A stretch of DNA of 64,000 nucleotides from Gammaproteobacteria bacterium. Lineage in GTDB: Bacteria > Pseudomonadota > Gammaproteobacteria > JAUIAT01. Below, in pieces: positions 31,115 to 45,386 of this stretch. How positions within the stretch are numbered: the first letter of the stretch is position 1; each line of letters starts with the position of its first letter. Where the stretch lies: contig JAUIAT010000010.1 of the NCBI GenBank assembly GCA_030425295.1, forward strand, positions 2,124 to 66,123. The letters run 5' to 3'. A program made the translations under genes and the position numbers. A model generated the notes under the pieces. It did not search any database. It was not told the origin of the DNA and saw only the letters and a program-made list of their open reading frames with translations.

Positions 31115-31951
31115 ATGCCAGTGAGAGATGAGCGGTACTATATTTTATTTAGAGCTTTGATGTGGGCCATAGTATGTTATTGTGTGATTTTGCTTATTTA
31201 TGTCGTATTTCAGAGAAGCTTTATCTACTTTCCTAGGAAGGGTCCGTATGATCCTGATGTGTGGAAGTTCAACGGGATTCAGTTGATCCAGCTAAAAACA
31301 GCTGATAATAAAAATTTATATTCTTGGTATAGGCGAGCAAAGCCGGGCAGCCCTACGTTAGTTTTATTTCACGGTAATGCTGGGTCGATGGCCGAAAGAC
31401 TTCCAATGCTAAAGTCTTATATTCAGGCTGGGTGGGGTGTTTTGATTCTTGAATATCGTGGCTACGGCCTTAATAAGGGCGATCCTACCGAAGAGGGACT
31501 TTATTATGATGGGGACGCAGCTATGCGTTTTTTAGCTAGGCAGGAGGATGTTGACTCAAGATGTATTGTCTTGTACGGCCACTCTCTAGGGTCTGCTGTT
31601 GCTACTAAAGTTGCTTCCTACTTTCATGTGGGTGGGGTGGTTCTAAGTTCTTCTTTTACTTCTGTGCCAGATCTTGCAAGTTACCATTATTGGTTTTTAC
31701 CATCAAATTTTTTTCTTATTGATCGTTTTGATAATAGCTCAAGAATATCTTCTGTGCGGTCTCCTATTTTGTATATTCATGGTGAAGACGATAAGATATC
31801 CCCTATTTTTTATGCTAAAAAATTATATGGTGCAACTAAATCAGCCAAGAAATTTATATCTCTTAAGGGGGTTGGTCATAACAATCTCCCAGATATATCT
31901 GATTATTTATTTAAGTTTGTTAGTGATAACAAAATCTGTGAGAATAAGTAA
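31115..31951 (+). CDS. Membrane-anchored alpha/beta hydrolase (Bem46/ABHD13-like)
   Basis: FHGNAG, EYRGYG, GHSLG, HGEDD and GHN: triad intact. Confidence 0.88.
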   Translation: MPVRDERYYILFRALMWAIVCYCVILLIYVVFQRSFIYFPRKGPYDPDVWKFNGIQLIQLKTADNKNLYSWYRRAKPGSPTLVLFHGNAGSMAERLPMLKSYIQAGWGVLILEYRGYGLNKGDPTEEGLYYDGDAAMRFLARQEDVDSRCIVLYGHSLGSAVATKVASYFHVGGVVLSSSFTSVPDLASYHYWFLPSNFFLIDRFDNSSRISSVRSPILYIHGEDDKISPIFYAKKLYGATKSAKKFISLKGVGHNNLPDISDYLFKFVSDNKICENK

Positions 31952-31952
31952 G

Positions 31953-32789
31953 ATGATTGAGTCATCAAATAAATTAAGGTTTGTTGCTATTATCTTTAGA
32001 TCCTTTTTCTATTTATTAGGTTTTTATATTTTTGCTGTTTTTTTGTTTTTTTTATTTCAGGGTTTTCTTTTTTATTCTCCTAGGACTGGGCCTTTTACTC
32101 CAGCTGTATATAGAGTGAGTGCAATTGGTAAGGTGCATTTTCCTGCTAAAGATGGTGTTGAGTTGTATGGGTGGTACTATCCAGCGAGAAAACTTATGCC
32201 AACGATACTTTTTTTCCACGGTGAGGATGGTTTTTTACCTGATAGGTTGCCAATGCTTAAGCCTTATATTAGCAAGGGGTATGGGGTTTTTCTTATTGAG
32301 TACAGAGGATATGGAGAATTGAAAGGTGCTCCAAGTGAGGCTGGATTATATAGTGATGCTAGAGGAGCAATGGAATTTATACAGGAAAAGGGTGTCCCTC
32401 CTAAGTGTTTTATTCTTTATGGTGAGTCGGTTGGGGCTTCTATCGCTGCTAAAATGGCTTCAGAATATTCTATTGGTGGTTTAGTTATGGTGTATCCTTT
32501 TGCTTCTCTTGTTAAATCTGAAAGCAAAAAGTACCCAGTTTTACCTATTGGTTTTTTGTGGCGAGATAAATTCGACACTGTCTCGCATGCAGAAAAGGTT
32601 AGAGTTCCTACTGTAATTTTTGAGGGTGCTAATAATATTTTCTCGCCAAAGGGAGATGCTCTTGAAATACTCTTAAAAATAAAATCTCATAAAGAATTAA
32701 TTAAGATAAATGATAAAGATAATCCCATCCCTGATGTTTCTGATCAGGTTGATAGATTTTTTCATGACCAGGGGGTTTGTGCTTGGTGA
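31953..32789 (+). CDS. Tandem paralog alpha/beta hydrolase, triad degenerate
   Basis: Start trimmed to MIESSNK; FHGEDG, EYRGYG and GESVG present; acid and His positions not conserved. Confidence 0.8.
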   Translation: MIESSNKLRFVAIIFRSFFYLLGFYIFAVFLFFLFQGFLFYSPRTGPFTPAVYRVSAIGKVHFPAKDGVELYGWYYPARKLMPTILFFHGEDGFLPDRLPMLKPYISKGYGVFLIEYRGYGELKGAPSEAGLYSDARGAMEFIQEKGVPPKCFILYGESVGASIAAKMASEYSIGGLVMVYPFASLVKSESKKYPVLPIGFLWRDKFDTVSHAEKVRVPTVIFEGANNIFSPKGDALEILLKIKSHKELIKINDKDNPIPDVSDQVDRFFHDQGVCAW

Positions 32790-33439
32790 GTATTTCTCGC
32801 GCTATAAGCGTTCTTTTTCTTGGGGGGTTAATACTACTTGGCTTTTCAAATTTCATTGATTACATAAGTAAGAATAATATTAAGTTGAATCCTTTGCCTA
32901 GAAATGCTGTTGTTTTGGCTTTAGGGGATAGTTTGACGTCAGGCTATGGGGTAAAAAGGTCACAAGCTTATCCTGAGGAGCTTCAAAAAATTTCTGGGTT
33001 TAATGTTATTAATGCTGGCGTATCTGGTAATACGACATCTCAAGCCCTACAAAGACTTCCTGGTCTACTGAGCAAGTACAGTCCTGATTTGGTTTTAATT
33101 TGTATTGGAGGTAATGACTTTTTGCGTAAGTTGGACAAAGATATTACTAAAGCTAATATATCTAAAATGCTTAGCTTAATTTTATCTTCTGGGTCGCAGG
33201 CTATATTGATAGCCGTTCCTCTTCCGGGTGTTATTTTGTCTGCCCCTAAGATGTATAGTGCTCTTGGTGATGAATTTAAGGTCCCTGTATTGGAAGGAAT
33301 TCTTTCTGGTTTGCTCGCTGATGCTCAGTACAAGTCTGATGCTTTGCATTTAAATGAACTTGGATATAGAACTTTAGCGGAAGACATTTATGAATTTATT
33401 CAAGAGCGCGGTGGAGTTACTACTTCGTATGCTCGCTGA
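32777..33439 (+). CDS. GDSL/SGNH arylesterase (TesA-like)
   Basis: GDSLT.G, NAGVSG, GGND and D.LH motifs. Confidence 0.9.
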   Translation: MCLVSISRAISVLFLGGLILLGFSNFIDYISKNNIKLNPLPRNAVVLALGDSLTSGYGVKRSQAYPEELQKISGFNVINAGVSGNTTSQALQRLPGLLSKYSPDLVLICIGGNDFLRKLDKDITKANISKMLSLILSSGSQAILIAVPLPGVILSAPKMYSALGDEFKVPVLEGILSGLLADAQYKSDALHLNELGYRTLAEDIYEFIQERGGVTTSYAR

Positions 33440-33821
33440 TGTCTATTGTTATATAGTAGCCGAGCTTTGTTGTGCTTGCGGTTAGCATTTCTCCATAGCA
33501 GTAAGATTTATTAATCTCTCCGTTCAGATACTTGAAGGTGCAAGATGATCTTACTTTTCCCTTGTCAATGTAGTAGATAAAGTCATTTCTTTCGGTAGTT
33601 ATTAGATATGTTTTGGGTATTGCTTCTGCTGAAGCTTTAGGGCTTATATTATCAGGTGGCTCAATTTCCCAGCTTCCATATAAGTATGCAGGGGGTTTGC
33701 TAAGGTGTACTGTATGGTTTAGGTGGTTATTTATTATTATCGTGTAGTTTTTAGCGAGTGTAATATTTGGTAATAAAATCATTATTGCAATGATGCTCGT
33801 TGTTAAGATTATTTTACTCAT
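33420..33821 (-). CDS. Hypothetical secreted beta-rich protein
   Basis: Signal peptide; I.N.....L......YGSW...PP..I.P pattern. Confidence 0.6.
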   Translation of the reverse strand: MSKIILTTSIIAIMILLPNITLAKNYTIIINNHLNHTVHLSKPPAYLYGSWEIEPPDNISPKASAEAIPKTYLITTERNDFIYYIDKGKVRSSCTFKYLNGEINKSYCYGEMLTASTTKLGYYITIDISEHTK

Positions 33822-33946
33822 ACCAATCTCTTAGTGTTTCTTTTGTACAATATTGGCATACAGCTATTTATTGTGCAAGTTTTAGGCATAATTTCCTGGT
33901 TTGATTTTCTCTGTATTGATGCCTGGAATTTCGTTTGATCATTTAA

Positions 33947-37730
<3,784 letters not shown>

Positions 37731-37792
37731 AATATATTTGCGTGCAGGTTTTTTTAGAGATTTGTGCGCAGCAAAAGTTCACGGTGGAGCTT

Positions 37793-38086
37793 ATGAAGTG
37801 GTTAATTGGAGTTCTTTCTTTCTTATTTATCTTGCTTCAGTATCAGTTTTGGTTACCAAGCACGGGCTTGCCAAATGTCTTGCATCTGAAAAAACAAATT
37901 TCCTTAAAAAAACTTAGAAACTATACCCTTAAAAAAAATAATGATCAGATTGCAAATGATATTGTATCTTTAAGAGAAGGTTTGGAGAGTGTTGAGACTG
38001 TTGCAAGATCCCATCTAGGACTAATTCGCCATGGTGAGACTTTTTACCAAATAGTGAAAGAGCCAGTTGATCCATGGGATATGTAG
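37793..38086 (+). CDS. ftsB: Cell division protein FtsB
   Basis: Single TM LQYQFW, coiled coil, E..AR..LGLI..GETFY; follows eno. Start trimmed to MKWLIG. Confidence 0.85.
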   Translation: MKWLIGVLSFLFILLQYQFWLPSTGLPNVLHLKKQISLKKLRNYTLKKNNDQIANDIVSLREGLESVETVARSHLGLIRHGETFYQIVKEPVDPWDM

Positions 38087-38128
38087 GGCTATTTATACTT
38101 TTATTTATTAAGGGTTAATTTTAGAAAA

Positions 38129-38797
38129 ATGAGTTCGTACACAACTTCTCTAGAATTTTTAGGGTTTACTAGGTGTAGATCTAGGCAGAAATTAATTATT
38201 AAAAATGAACTTTCTGATATTCTTTTATGTAGGCCATATAAGTATAGTTTAATTTTACGTGGGAAAAATCATGATTTAAATACCAATGATTTTAAAATAA
38301 ACGTAGAATTAATGGACTCTGAAGGTTCTTGTTTAGTTAAAGGGGTTTTTGAGCGCATAACTAGAAATCGAGTTTACATCTATTATGAAGGAGAAAGGAT
38401 ATATCCAACTAAACTACACTTTGGGTTTTATAAGCCACAAAAATTCATTATATGCGCAAAGCAAAAATATAAAGTAATAATGACCTATAAAAATAATGAA
38501 TTTTACCACCAAGAAAACATTAGATTTATTTCTAGGCTCTTGGATAAGAAGGTTTATTTGGAGCACTGGAATAGTGGGACCCAGGCACATAAAAGACTTT
38601 TCAGGGATCTTATTTACACTGAAACTAAACTTAAAAGAGTTACAAAAATAAAAAGAGAAAACGATTCTGAATCATTCAAGCAAAGTAGAGATGTTTCAAA
38701 AAAAGAAAACACTAATGAGAATATTGTGAATATACCACTCATAGATGAATGGCCTCAGCAAAGTGAAGCACAAAGTATAGATTTCTTTTCACCTTAA
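38129..38797 (+). CDS. Hypothetical protein (AT-rich orphan)
   Basis: 222-aa ORF with no recognised motif. Confidence 0.5.
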   Translation: MSSYTTSLEFLGFTRCRSRQKLIIKNELSDILLCRPYKYSLILRGKNHDLNTNDFKINVELMDSEGSCLVKGVFERITRNRVYIYYEGERIYPTKLHFGFYKPQKFIICAKQKYKVIMTYKNNEFYHQENIRFISRLLDKKVYLEHWNSGTQAHKRLFRDLIYTETKLKRVTKIKRENDSESFKQSRDVSKKENTNENIVNIPLIDEWPQQSEAQSIDFFSP

Positions 38798-38946
38798 GCA
38801 CATTGACTATAAAGCCTAGGCTAAGGTGACTTTTTAGTTTCAGCAGCTCCCTCTCGATTAAGGGTCCCCCAGATTTGGCACACTTTTGTTGTACTCAAAT
38901 CTGAGCGTTTTTTTAAATTGTACAATTTCCAGCGGGAATTACTGTT

Positions 38947-39189
38947 TTAGTTTGTACAATCGTACCTTTTATATCTTTTTAAAAGAGTTGCTTTTTGGGT
39001 GGTATTCATAGAAGTGTTTTGGTTTTGCATGCCGTTTCCAAAGTGCATATCTTGTTCTATTTTTTCGCAAATCTGACTTTTTTGACCTCCAACCATTCTA
39101 TAGCTTTGTCCTTTGTAGTGATTGCAGCCAGTTAATGCGATAATTGTTATTGATAGTGTGCTTACTAGTTTTAGTGTTTTGGCTAGCAT
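38947..39189 (-). CDS. Small lipoprotein
   Basis: Lipobox LTGC after a hydrophobic signal; GGAG upstream; two further Cys. Confidence 0.7.
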   Translation of the reverse strand: MLAKTLKLVSTLSITIIALTGCNHYKGQSYRMVGGQKSQICEKIEQDMHFGNGMQNQNTSMNTTQKATLLKRYKRYDCTN

Positions 39190-39219
39190 TTAGTCATCTC
39201 CGAGTATAAACTTAGGGGT

Positions 39220-41499
39220 ATGTTAGGAAAATCTTATCCTTTTGATGAGATTAATACAATAAAGAGAGTCCAAGTGGGAAAGAAAAATAGAAAAAAAGAT
39301 CCATATGCTGCCAGGGAGGCAGGTAAATACGATAATCCTATTCCAAGTCGTGAATATATATCTCAAATATTAGAGGATTCAGGTAAACCTCAAAATTTTA
39401 ATTATCTTATAAGTGCATTTGGTTTGCAGTCGGATATTGAGCGTCAAGAAGCAATGAAATTTCGCCTAAGAGCTATGGTGAGAGATGGGCAGCTCATGCG
39501 TGATAGAAAGGGGCGATTTGCTTTGCTTTCAAAAATGGATTTAATTTGTGGTCAAGTAATTGGGCATAAAGATGGATTTGGTTGGGTTGAGCCAGAAAAC
39601 GCAGGCCCTCGTGAGCGTGATATTTTTCTTAACCCTAAAGAAATGCGCAAAGTTTTTCATGGTGACAGGGTTTTAGTTCGTGCTGAAAAAAGAAGAAAAC
39701 GTGAAGGAAAGCTTGAAGGTGTTATTGTCGAGATTTTAGAGCACGGTATCACCCATGTTGTCGGTAAGTATTTTATTGAAAATGGTTTATCTTTTGTTGA
39801 ACCTGATAATCGCCATATGTCTCGTGATATTTCTGTTCCACCTTCAGAAGCAAAGAATGCTAAATCTGGTGATTATGTTGTTGTGGAAATTACAAAATAC
39901 CCAAATAAAAGACACCAACCAATCGGTAAGATTACAGAAGTATTAGGTAGTCAGTTAGAAGCCGGTATGGAAGTAGAATTAGCTTTGCGCTCATATGAAA
40001 TACCGTTTGAGTGGTCGAAAGCAGTTTTAAGCGAAATAGATGACTTTACTCCTGAGGTTCCAGAAAAAGATAAGAAAGGAAGGTTGGATTTAAGAAATTA
40101 TCCATTTGTAACCATCGATGGTGAAGATGCCAGGGATTATGATGATGCAGTTTATTGCGAGCCTCGTAAAGATGGTGGATGGGTGGTTTACGTTGCAATT
40201 GCCGATGTTTCTCATTATTTAAAGCCAAATACAGCCCTCGAGGCAGAAGCTAAGCTTCGAGGCAACTCTGTTTATTTCCCTAGCCGAGTCATTCCAATGC
40301 TGCCTGAGATCCTTTCAAATGAACTTTGCTCATTGAAACCTAAGGTAGATAGGCTAGCCATGGTTTGTAAGATTGACGTTAACGAAAAAGGTGAAATGCA
40401 GGACCATACGTTTCATGAGGGAGTTATTCATTCTCATGCCAGGCTAACATATAACTTGGTTGCAGATATTTTAGAGGGGAACTCAAAAGAATATTCACAT
40501 TTGCATAATATGCTTTTTGATTTACATAAATTATATAATTCTCTATTTAGTGCGCGCAAAAAGCGAGGTGCAATTGATTTTGAAACCAAAGAATCTCAAA
40601 TTATTTTTGATGAAAAGGGTAAAATCGATACCATAGTCGCGCGCGGGAGAAATGTAGCCCATCGCATTATTGAAGAATGCATGCTTCTAGCAAATGTGGC
40701 GGGTGCCGCTTTCTTGCAAAAAAATAAGATAGCAACTTTGTTTAGAGTGCATGAGCGCCCAGATCCAGAGAAGCTTGAAAAATTGAGGGATTTCTTAAGT
40801 TCATTTGGTTTGAAGCTTGGTGGCTATGATACTCCCTCAGCAAAACATTATGGGAAATTATTATCACAAATTGAAGGTAGGACTGATAAACAACTTATTC
40901 AAACTGTTATGCTAAGGTCATTACAACAGGCAATTTATTCTCCTGAAAACGTTGGTCATTTTGGTTTGGCTTATCCTGAGTATTTGCATTTTACTTCACC
41001 TATAAGACGTTATCCCGATGTTATTGTGCATCGAGCAATTAGGCATTTAATTAATGATGGTAATGCTAAAAATTGGTCATATTCACATGAAGAATTAGTT
41101 AAGTTAGGCTTACACTCCTCACAGACTGAAAGACGAGCGGATGAGGCAACTCGTGAGGCTATGGATTGGTTGAAATGTGAGTATATGCAAGATAAATTAG
41201 GCGAAGTCTATGATGCCATTATCACAAGTGCTGTGAGCTTTGGTATTTTTGCTGAGCTTAAAGATGTTTATGTTGAAGGTCTAGTTCACGTTACAGGGCT
41301 TCCGGATGATTACTACGAGTTTGATGATATTGGTCACAGATTGATTGGGCAGCGTACTGGTCGAGTATATAGACTTGGCGATGAAATAAAGGTTCAGGTG
41401 GTTCGTGTTGATATTGATGAGCGTAAAATTGATTTTGAAATAATTGAGGATAAGAATGCAGGAACTAGCAAAAAAGGTAGAAAAACTAGGTCTAGATAA
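39220..41499 (+). CDS. rnr: Ribonuclease R
   Basis: DP...[34 protein letters not shown] and S1 domain; probable start GTG at 39274. Confidence 0.97.
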   Translation: MLGKSYPFDEINTIKRVQVGKKNRKKDPYAAREAGKYDNPIPSREYISQILEDSGKPQNFNYLISAFGLQSDIERQEAMKFRLRAMVRDGQLMRDRKGRFALLSKMDLICGQVIGHKDGFGWVEPENAGPRERDIFLNPKEMRKVFHGDRVLVRAEKRRKREGKLEGVIVEILEHGITHVVGKYFIENGLSFVEPDNRHMSRDISVPPSEAKNAKSGDYVVVEITKYPNKRHQPIGKITEVLGSQLEAGMEVELALRSYEIPFEWSKAVLSEIDDFTPEVPEKDKKGRLDLRNYPFVTIDGEDARDYDDAVYCEPRKDGGWVVYVAIADVSHYLKPNTALEAEAKLRGNSVYFPSRVIPMLPEILSNELCSLKPKVDRLAMVCKIDVNEKGEMQDHTFHEGVIHSHARLTYNLVADILEGNSKEYSHLHNMLFDLHKLYNSLFSARKKRGAIDFETKESQIIFDEKGKIDTIVARGRNVAHRIIEECMLLANVAGAAFLQKNKIATLFRVHERPDPEKLEKLRDFLSSFGLKLGGYDTPSAKHYGKLLSQIEGRTDKQLIQTVMLRSLQQAIYSPENVGHFGLAYPEYLHFTSPIRRYPDVIVHRAIRHLINDGNAKNWSYSHEELVKLGLHSSQTERRADEATREAMDWLKCEYMQDKLGEVYDAIITSAVSFGIFAELKDVYVEGLVHVTGLPDDYYEFDDIGHRLIGQRTGRVYRLGDEIKVQVVRVDIDERKIDFEIIEDKNAGTSKKGRKTRSR

Positions 41500-41815
41500 A
41501 AGGAAAAGGCATATATTTATATGTGCTGACCAAACTAAAGCAAAGTGTTGCTCATATGAAGATGGTATTAAATCTTGGGATTTCTTAAAGAAGAGATTGA
41601 AAGAGCTAAAACTTGCTCCAGCACAAATTGGACGAACTAAAGCAAATTGTTTACAAGTTTGCGCAAAAGGCCCAGTCGCTGTAGTTTATCCTGAAGGCGT
41701 ATGGTACCATTCGTGTACGCCTGAGGTGTTGGAGGAGATCATACAAAAACACTTAATCAATGGCGAAGTTGTTTCCGAGTATGTGTTTCATAAGCAAGAT
41801 TGGACTTTAAAATAA
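41456..41815 (+). CDS. Thioredoxin-like [2Fe-2S] ferredoxin
   Basis: HIFIC...CC and [17 protein letters not shown] motifs. Confidence 0.88.
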   Translation: MQELAKKVEKLGLDKRKRHIFICADQTKAKCCSYEDGIKSWDFLKKRLKELKLAPAQIGRTKANCLQVCAKGPVAVVYPEGVWYHSCTPEVLEEIIQKHLINGEVVSEYVFHKQDWTLK

Positions 41816-41816
41816 C

Positions 41817-42239
41817 ATGAAAGACAAAAAAAATTTTAAGTTGGTGCATCAGTCAGAAATTCAGGTGCGCTGGGGCGATATGGATGCATTTAATCATGTT
41901 AATAATGCCGCGTATCTGAGCTATTTTGAACAGGCTAGATGTGACTGGTGGAACTCTATGGGAATGGATACTAGAAGGTCAGATGAGGGCCCTGTGGTTC
42001 TTTTGGCGGATTGTTTTTATAAAAAGGCAGTGTACTTTCCTTCAACTTTGGTTATTGACCTGTATGCTTCAGCACCAGGCAGATCAAGCTTTACAATTTT
42101 CTATGAATGCAGAGTAAAGGGTAGTGATGAAATTTGTACTACTGGCAGCACAAAAATGGTTTGGGTTCATTATGCCATAGAGAAATCTATTGAACTTCCA
42201 GATATTATTCGACAAGCCTTACCGTCGACAGAGAGTTAA
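41817..42239 (+). CDS. Acyl-CoA thioesterase (YbgC/4HBT family)
   Basis: VRWGDMDAFNHVNNAAY..YFEQAR motif. Confidence 0.9.
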   Translation: MKDKKNFKLVHQSEIQVRWGDMDAFNHVNNAAYLSYFEQARCDWWNSMGMDTRRSDEGPVVLLADCFYKKAVYFPSTLVIDLYASAPGRSSFTIFYECRVKGSDEICTTGSTKMVWVHYAIEKSIELPDIIRQALPSTES

Positions 42240-42243
42240 TAAA

Positions 42244-43053
42244 ATGCAAGGAAATTTACGTAAGCTCAAAGGTGAGCTTTCTTCTGTTATTCAATACTCA
42301 CTTCCTATTGGTGAGCAATTCATTCCTCTTAATGAACTTATCGGTCGAGATGTAAGTTTTGAGTTTTTAAATGTTATAAATTGTATTCACTGTGGAAGAA
42401 AAACAAATAAAAGTTTTCAGCAGGGCTTTTGTTTTCCATGTTATCGTAGGCTTGCTGAATGCGATTGCGCGCTTCATCCTGAGCGCTGTCGCGTGGAAAA
42501 AGACGGATGCCCTGAAGATGATTGGGCGCATAGCCATTGTCATGGAGATCATATAATTTATTTAGCTAATACTTCTGGCTTAAAAGTAGGTATTACTAGA
42601 GCTTCTCAAGTACCAACAAGATGGATTGATCAAGGTGCAACACAGGCTTTACCAATTATGCAAGTATTTAATAGGTACCAATCTGGCCTAGTTGAAGTTG
42701 CTCTAAAAAACTTTGTTGCCGATAAAACAAATTGGCGAGCCATGCTTAAAGGCAGCAATAACTCTCTGGATTTGAAAACTCTGAAAGATGAACTTATTGA
42801 TAAGGCCAGTGATTTTATTCAAGAGGCAGAATCAAAATTTTCATATGGTAAAATTCAATACTTAAATGAAGATATTGTTGATATTAGTTATCCTGTTTCC
42901 CAGTATCCTGACAAGATTAAGTCTTTTAATTTAGATAAAAACCCTGTTGTTCAAGGCAAGTTGCTAGGGGTAAAGGGCCAGTATTTGATTTTTGATACAG
43001 GAGTTATAAATATAAGGAAGTTTGGTGGATACTTAATTCGCGTAGATTTGTAG
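42244..43053 (+). CDS. DUF2797 family protein
   Basis: C..CGRKT.KSF.QG.C.PC, KVGITR, RWIDQGA and G.KGQYL motifs. Confidence 0.85.
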   Translation: MQGNLRKLKGELSSVIQYSLPIGEQFIPLNELIGRDVSFEFLNVINCIHCGRKTNKSFQQGFCFPCYRRLAECDCALHPERCRVEKDGCPEDDWAHSHCHGDHIIYLANTSGLKVGITRASQVPTRWIDQGATQALPIMQVFNRYQSGLVEVALKNFVADKTNWRAMLKGSNNSLDLKTLKDELIDKASDFIQEAESKFSYGKIQYLNEDIVDISYPVSQYPDKIKSFNLDKNPVVQGKLLGVKGQYLIFDTGVINIRKFGGYLIRVDL

Positions 43054-43083
43054 GTTTGCTGCGCCTCAGTAAGGTTTATATAT

Positions 43084-43545
43084 ATGCTAAATATTGTTTT
43101 GTTTGAGCCAGAGATACCGCCAAATACAGGAAATATAATTCGTCTTTGCGTTAATATGGGAGCTCGCCTTCACTTAATATATCCTTTAGGTTTTGATGTT
43201 AATGATAAGCAGCTAAGAAGAGCAGGGCTTGATTATATTGATCAAGATATAATTAAGCATCACGAAAATTTTGATCAGTTTATTGCGACTGAGTCTCCAA
43301 ACAATTTGTATGGTTTTTCTACCAAAGCTACAAAATATTATACCGATGCTTTATTTGAAGATAATGATTACCTAATGTTTGGTCCTGAAACTAGGGGGCT
43401 GCCTGAGGATATTAGGAAGTTTTGCGGGTATGAAAACCTATTAAAACTACCAATGCGAGTAGGGGCGAATAATAGAAGCTTAAATCTTTCTAACTCTGTT
43501 GCAATTGCGGCTTATGAGGCTTGGCGACAGTTAAGCTTTAAATGA
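43084..43545 (+). CDS. trmL: tRNA (cytidine/uridine-34 2'-O)-methyltransferase
   Basis: [24 protein letters not shown] and RSLNLS motifs. Confidence 0.94.
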   Translation: MLNIVLFEPEIPPNTGNIIRLCVNMGARLHLIYPLGFDVNDKQLRRAGLDYIDQDIIKHHENFDQFIATESPNNLYGFSTKATKYYTDALFEDNDYLMFGPETRGLPEDIRKFCGYENLLKLPMRVGANNRSLNLSNSVAIAAYEAWRQLSFK

Positions 43546-43639
43546 AACAGACTCTAAGTGTAGAGATTTTAACTGTGGAAAATTAATACTATCTATTTTA
43601 GAATGTAAATTATATGATCATTATCTTTTTTGTATCCTT

Positions 43640-44722
43640 ATGAAAAAATTACTTGCTCTTACAATAGCTATTTTTATATTTTGCGGACAGGCAAGTTTTG
43701 CTTCCAACATAGACTTATATCGCGCTGAGATTTTAATAAGTAAGGATGCTAACAGTCTAGATTCTTCTTTCAAAACTGCTCTAAAGCAAGTATTAATCAA
43801 AGTTAGTGGTAATCCTGAAGTGGCAAGCGTACCTTCGATTGTTAAAGAGCTTTCTAATGCTACTAAATATGTCCAGAGTTATCGTTTTAATAATGTTGAT
43901 GATGGGCATGAAACCTTATTTGTAAAATTTAGTGTTAATGGTGTAAATAAGATATTATCTGAAAGCGGACAAGGCATGTGGCTTGGGTATAGGCCAAGCC
44001 TTGTTACTTGGGTAGTTTTGCAGTCAGAAATAGATCCAGCTTACTACCAGACTCCATCAAGCAATGCTAAGCTTAGCAAGCTGCTTGAAGGTAAAGCTCA
44101 AGCTTACGGTTTGTCAACAATTTTGCCAATTTGGGATATTCAAGACTTGAAAATTCTTAAGCCGGAACAAGTATGGTTTGATGATTTTCAAGATATTCTA
44201 AAAGCTAGCGAAAGGTATCAAACTTACTCTGAGCAGCCAATATTAATTGGAACAGTGACTGGATCTAAGGTTGGTTCATGGCAGGGCAGATGGATATTGC
44301 TAGAAGGTAGAGACATTAAAAGCTGGCAGTTTAAAACTGAAAATATTGAGGAAATGATAAATCACGCGTTTGCTAAAGTTCTTTCTTATATCGCCAATAA
44401 TAATGCTGCCCTTATTGAGAATAACTCTTTAACTGAAAAAGTTCATTTAAAAGTATCTGGCGTTATAAATTCTGATAAGCTTACATCTATCACAAAATTT
44501 CTTAAAAATATATCTGTTATTATAGATACGCAGATTGCTGGCATTAATCAAGATCAGACAGATTTCAATATAACAGCTATTGGTGGTATGCCGTCAATTC
44601 TTGAAGCATTTAGGCATGCATCTATGATAAAATCATTTAGGGTCGATCCTATTAAAAATGAAATTTTTATAAATTGGCAGTCCAATACTTATGAAAACCA
44701 AACAACTAACACTGGGAATTAG
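43640..44722 (+). CDS. DUF2066 family secreted protein
   Basis: Signal peptide; AL.QVL.KVSG, W...RP...W and LP.WD..D patterns; upstream of hda. Confidence 0.75.
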   Translation: MKKLLALTIAIFIFCGQASFASNIDLYRAEILISKDANSLDSSFKTALKQVLIKVSGNPEVASVPSIVKELSNATKYVQSYRFNNVDDGHETLFVKFSVNGVNKILSESGQGMWLGYRPSLVTWVVLQSEIDPAYYQTPSSNAKLSKLLEGKAQAYGLSTILPIWDIQDLKILKPEQVWFDDFQDILKASERYQTYSEQPILIGTVTGSKVGSWQGRWILLEGRDIKSWQFKTENIEEMINHAFAKVLSYIANNNAALIENNSLTEKVHLKVSGVINSDKLTSITKFLKNISVIIDTQIAGINQDQTDFNITAIGGMPSILEAFRHASMIKSFRVDPIKNEIFINWQSNTYENQTTNTGN

Positions 44723-45386
44723 ATGGCAAGATGCTGCGAGCTTCGATAACTTTTATGTTGCAAGTGAAAATGCTTTTGCGTTAAGTTGTTTGCAGGATTT
44801 AACTAACTCTCCTAGTAAAAATCAAATCGGTTTATTTATTTATGGTAGCGATGGTAGTGGATGCAGTCATTTGCTACAAGCAAGTTGTCAGGCGGTTATA
44901 GACCGTCCGGTAGCCTACTTTCCCTTAAAAAACAAAAAACTTCACCCTGAAATGCTTCAAGGTGTTGAAAGCATGCATTTGGTTTGTATAGATGATATAG
45001 ATTCAATTGCTGGTGATACTGCTTGGGAGGAGGCTATTTTTCACTTATATAACCGAATCTTGTTAGAAGATACTCGCTTAGTTGTAGCTTCTCATAAACC
45101 AGTTACTGAAATACAATTTACACTCAATGATTTGCGCTCAAGAATTCAAGGGTTGCTTAAGGTTGAGATTCAAACCTTATCTGATGACCAGAAGATGGAA
45201 GCTTTAAATTTAAGATGCAATTGCCGAGGCTTTGAGTTGCCACTTGAAGTCGCCAGATTCATGATATCTCATTATCAAAGAGATATGGGAAGCTTAATGG
45301 ACGCTCTTGATAAGCTTGACCAGGAAACTTTATCAGAAAAGAGAAGACTAACAATTCCATTTGTTAAAGAAGTTTTTGGTCTTTAG
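44691..45386 (+). CDS. hda: DnaA regulatory inactivator Hda
   Basis: Clamp-binding QLTL, FDNF, degenerate Walker A, FHLYN, DLRSR and RLTIPFVK motifs. Confidence 0.92.
   Translation: MKTKQLTLGIRWQDAASFDNFYVASENAFALSCLQDLTNSPSKNQIGLFIYGSDGSGCSHLLQASCQAVIDRPVAYFPLKNKKLHPEMLQGVESMHLVCIDDIDSIAGDTAWEEAIFHLYNRILLEDTRLVVASHKPVTEIQFTLNDLRSRIQGLLKVEIQTLSDDQKMEALNLRCNCRGFELPLEVARFMISHYQRDMGSLMDALDKLDQETLSEKRRLTIPFVKEVFGL

Noticed and set aside
31674-31952. N-terminal 93 aa of the 371-aa ORF
   Set aside because: Overlaps the upstream paralog out of frame; ATG at 31953 gives a protein co-linear with its paralog.
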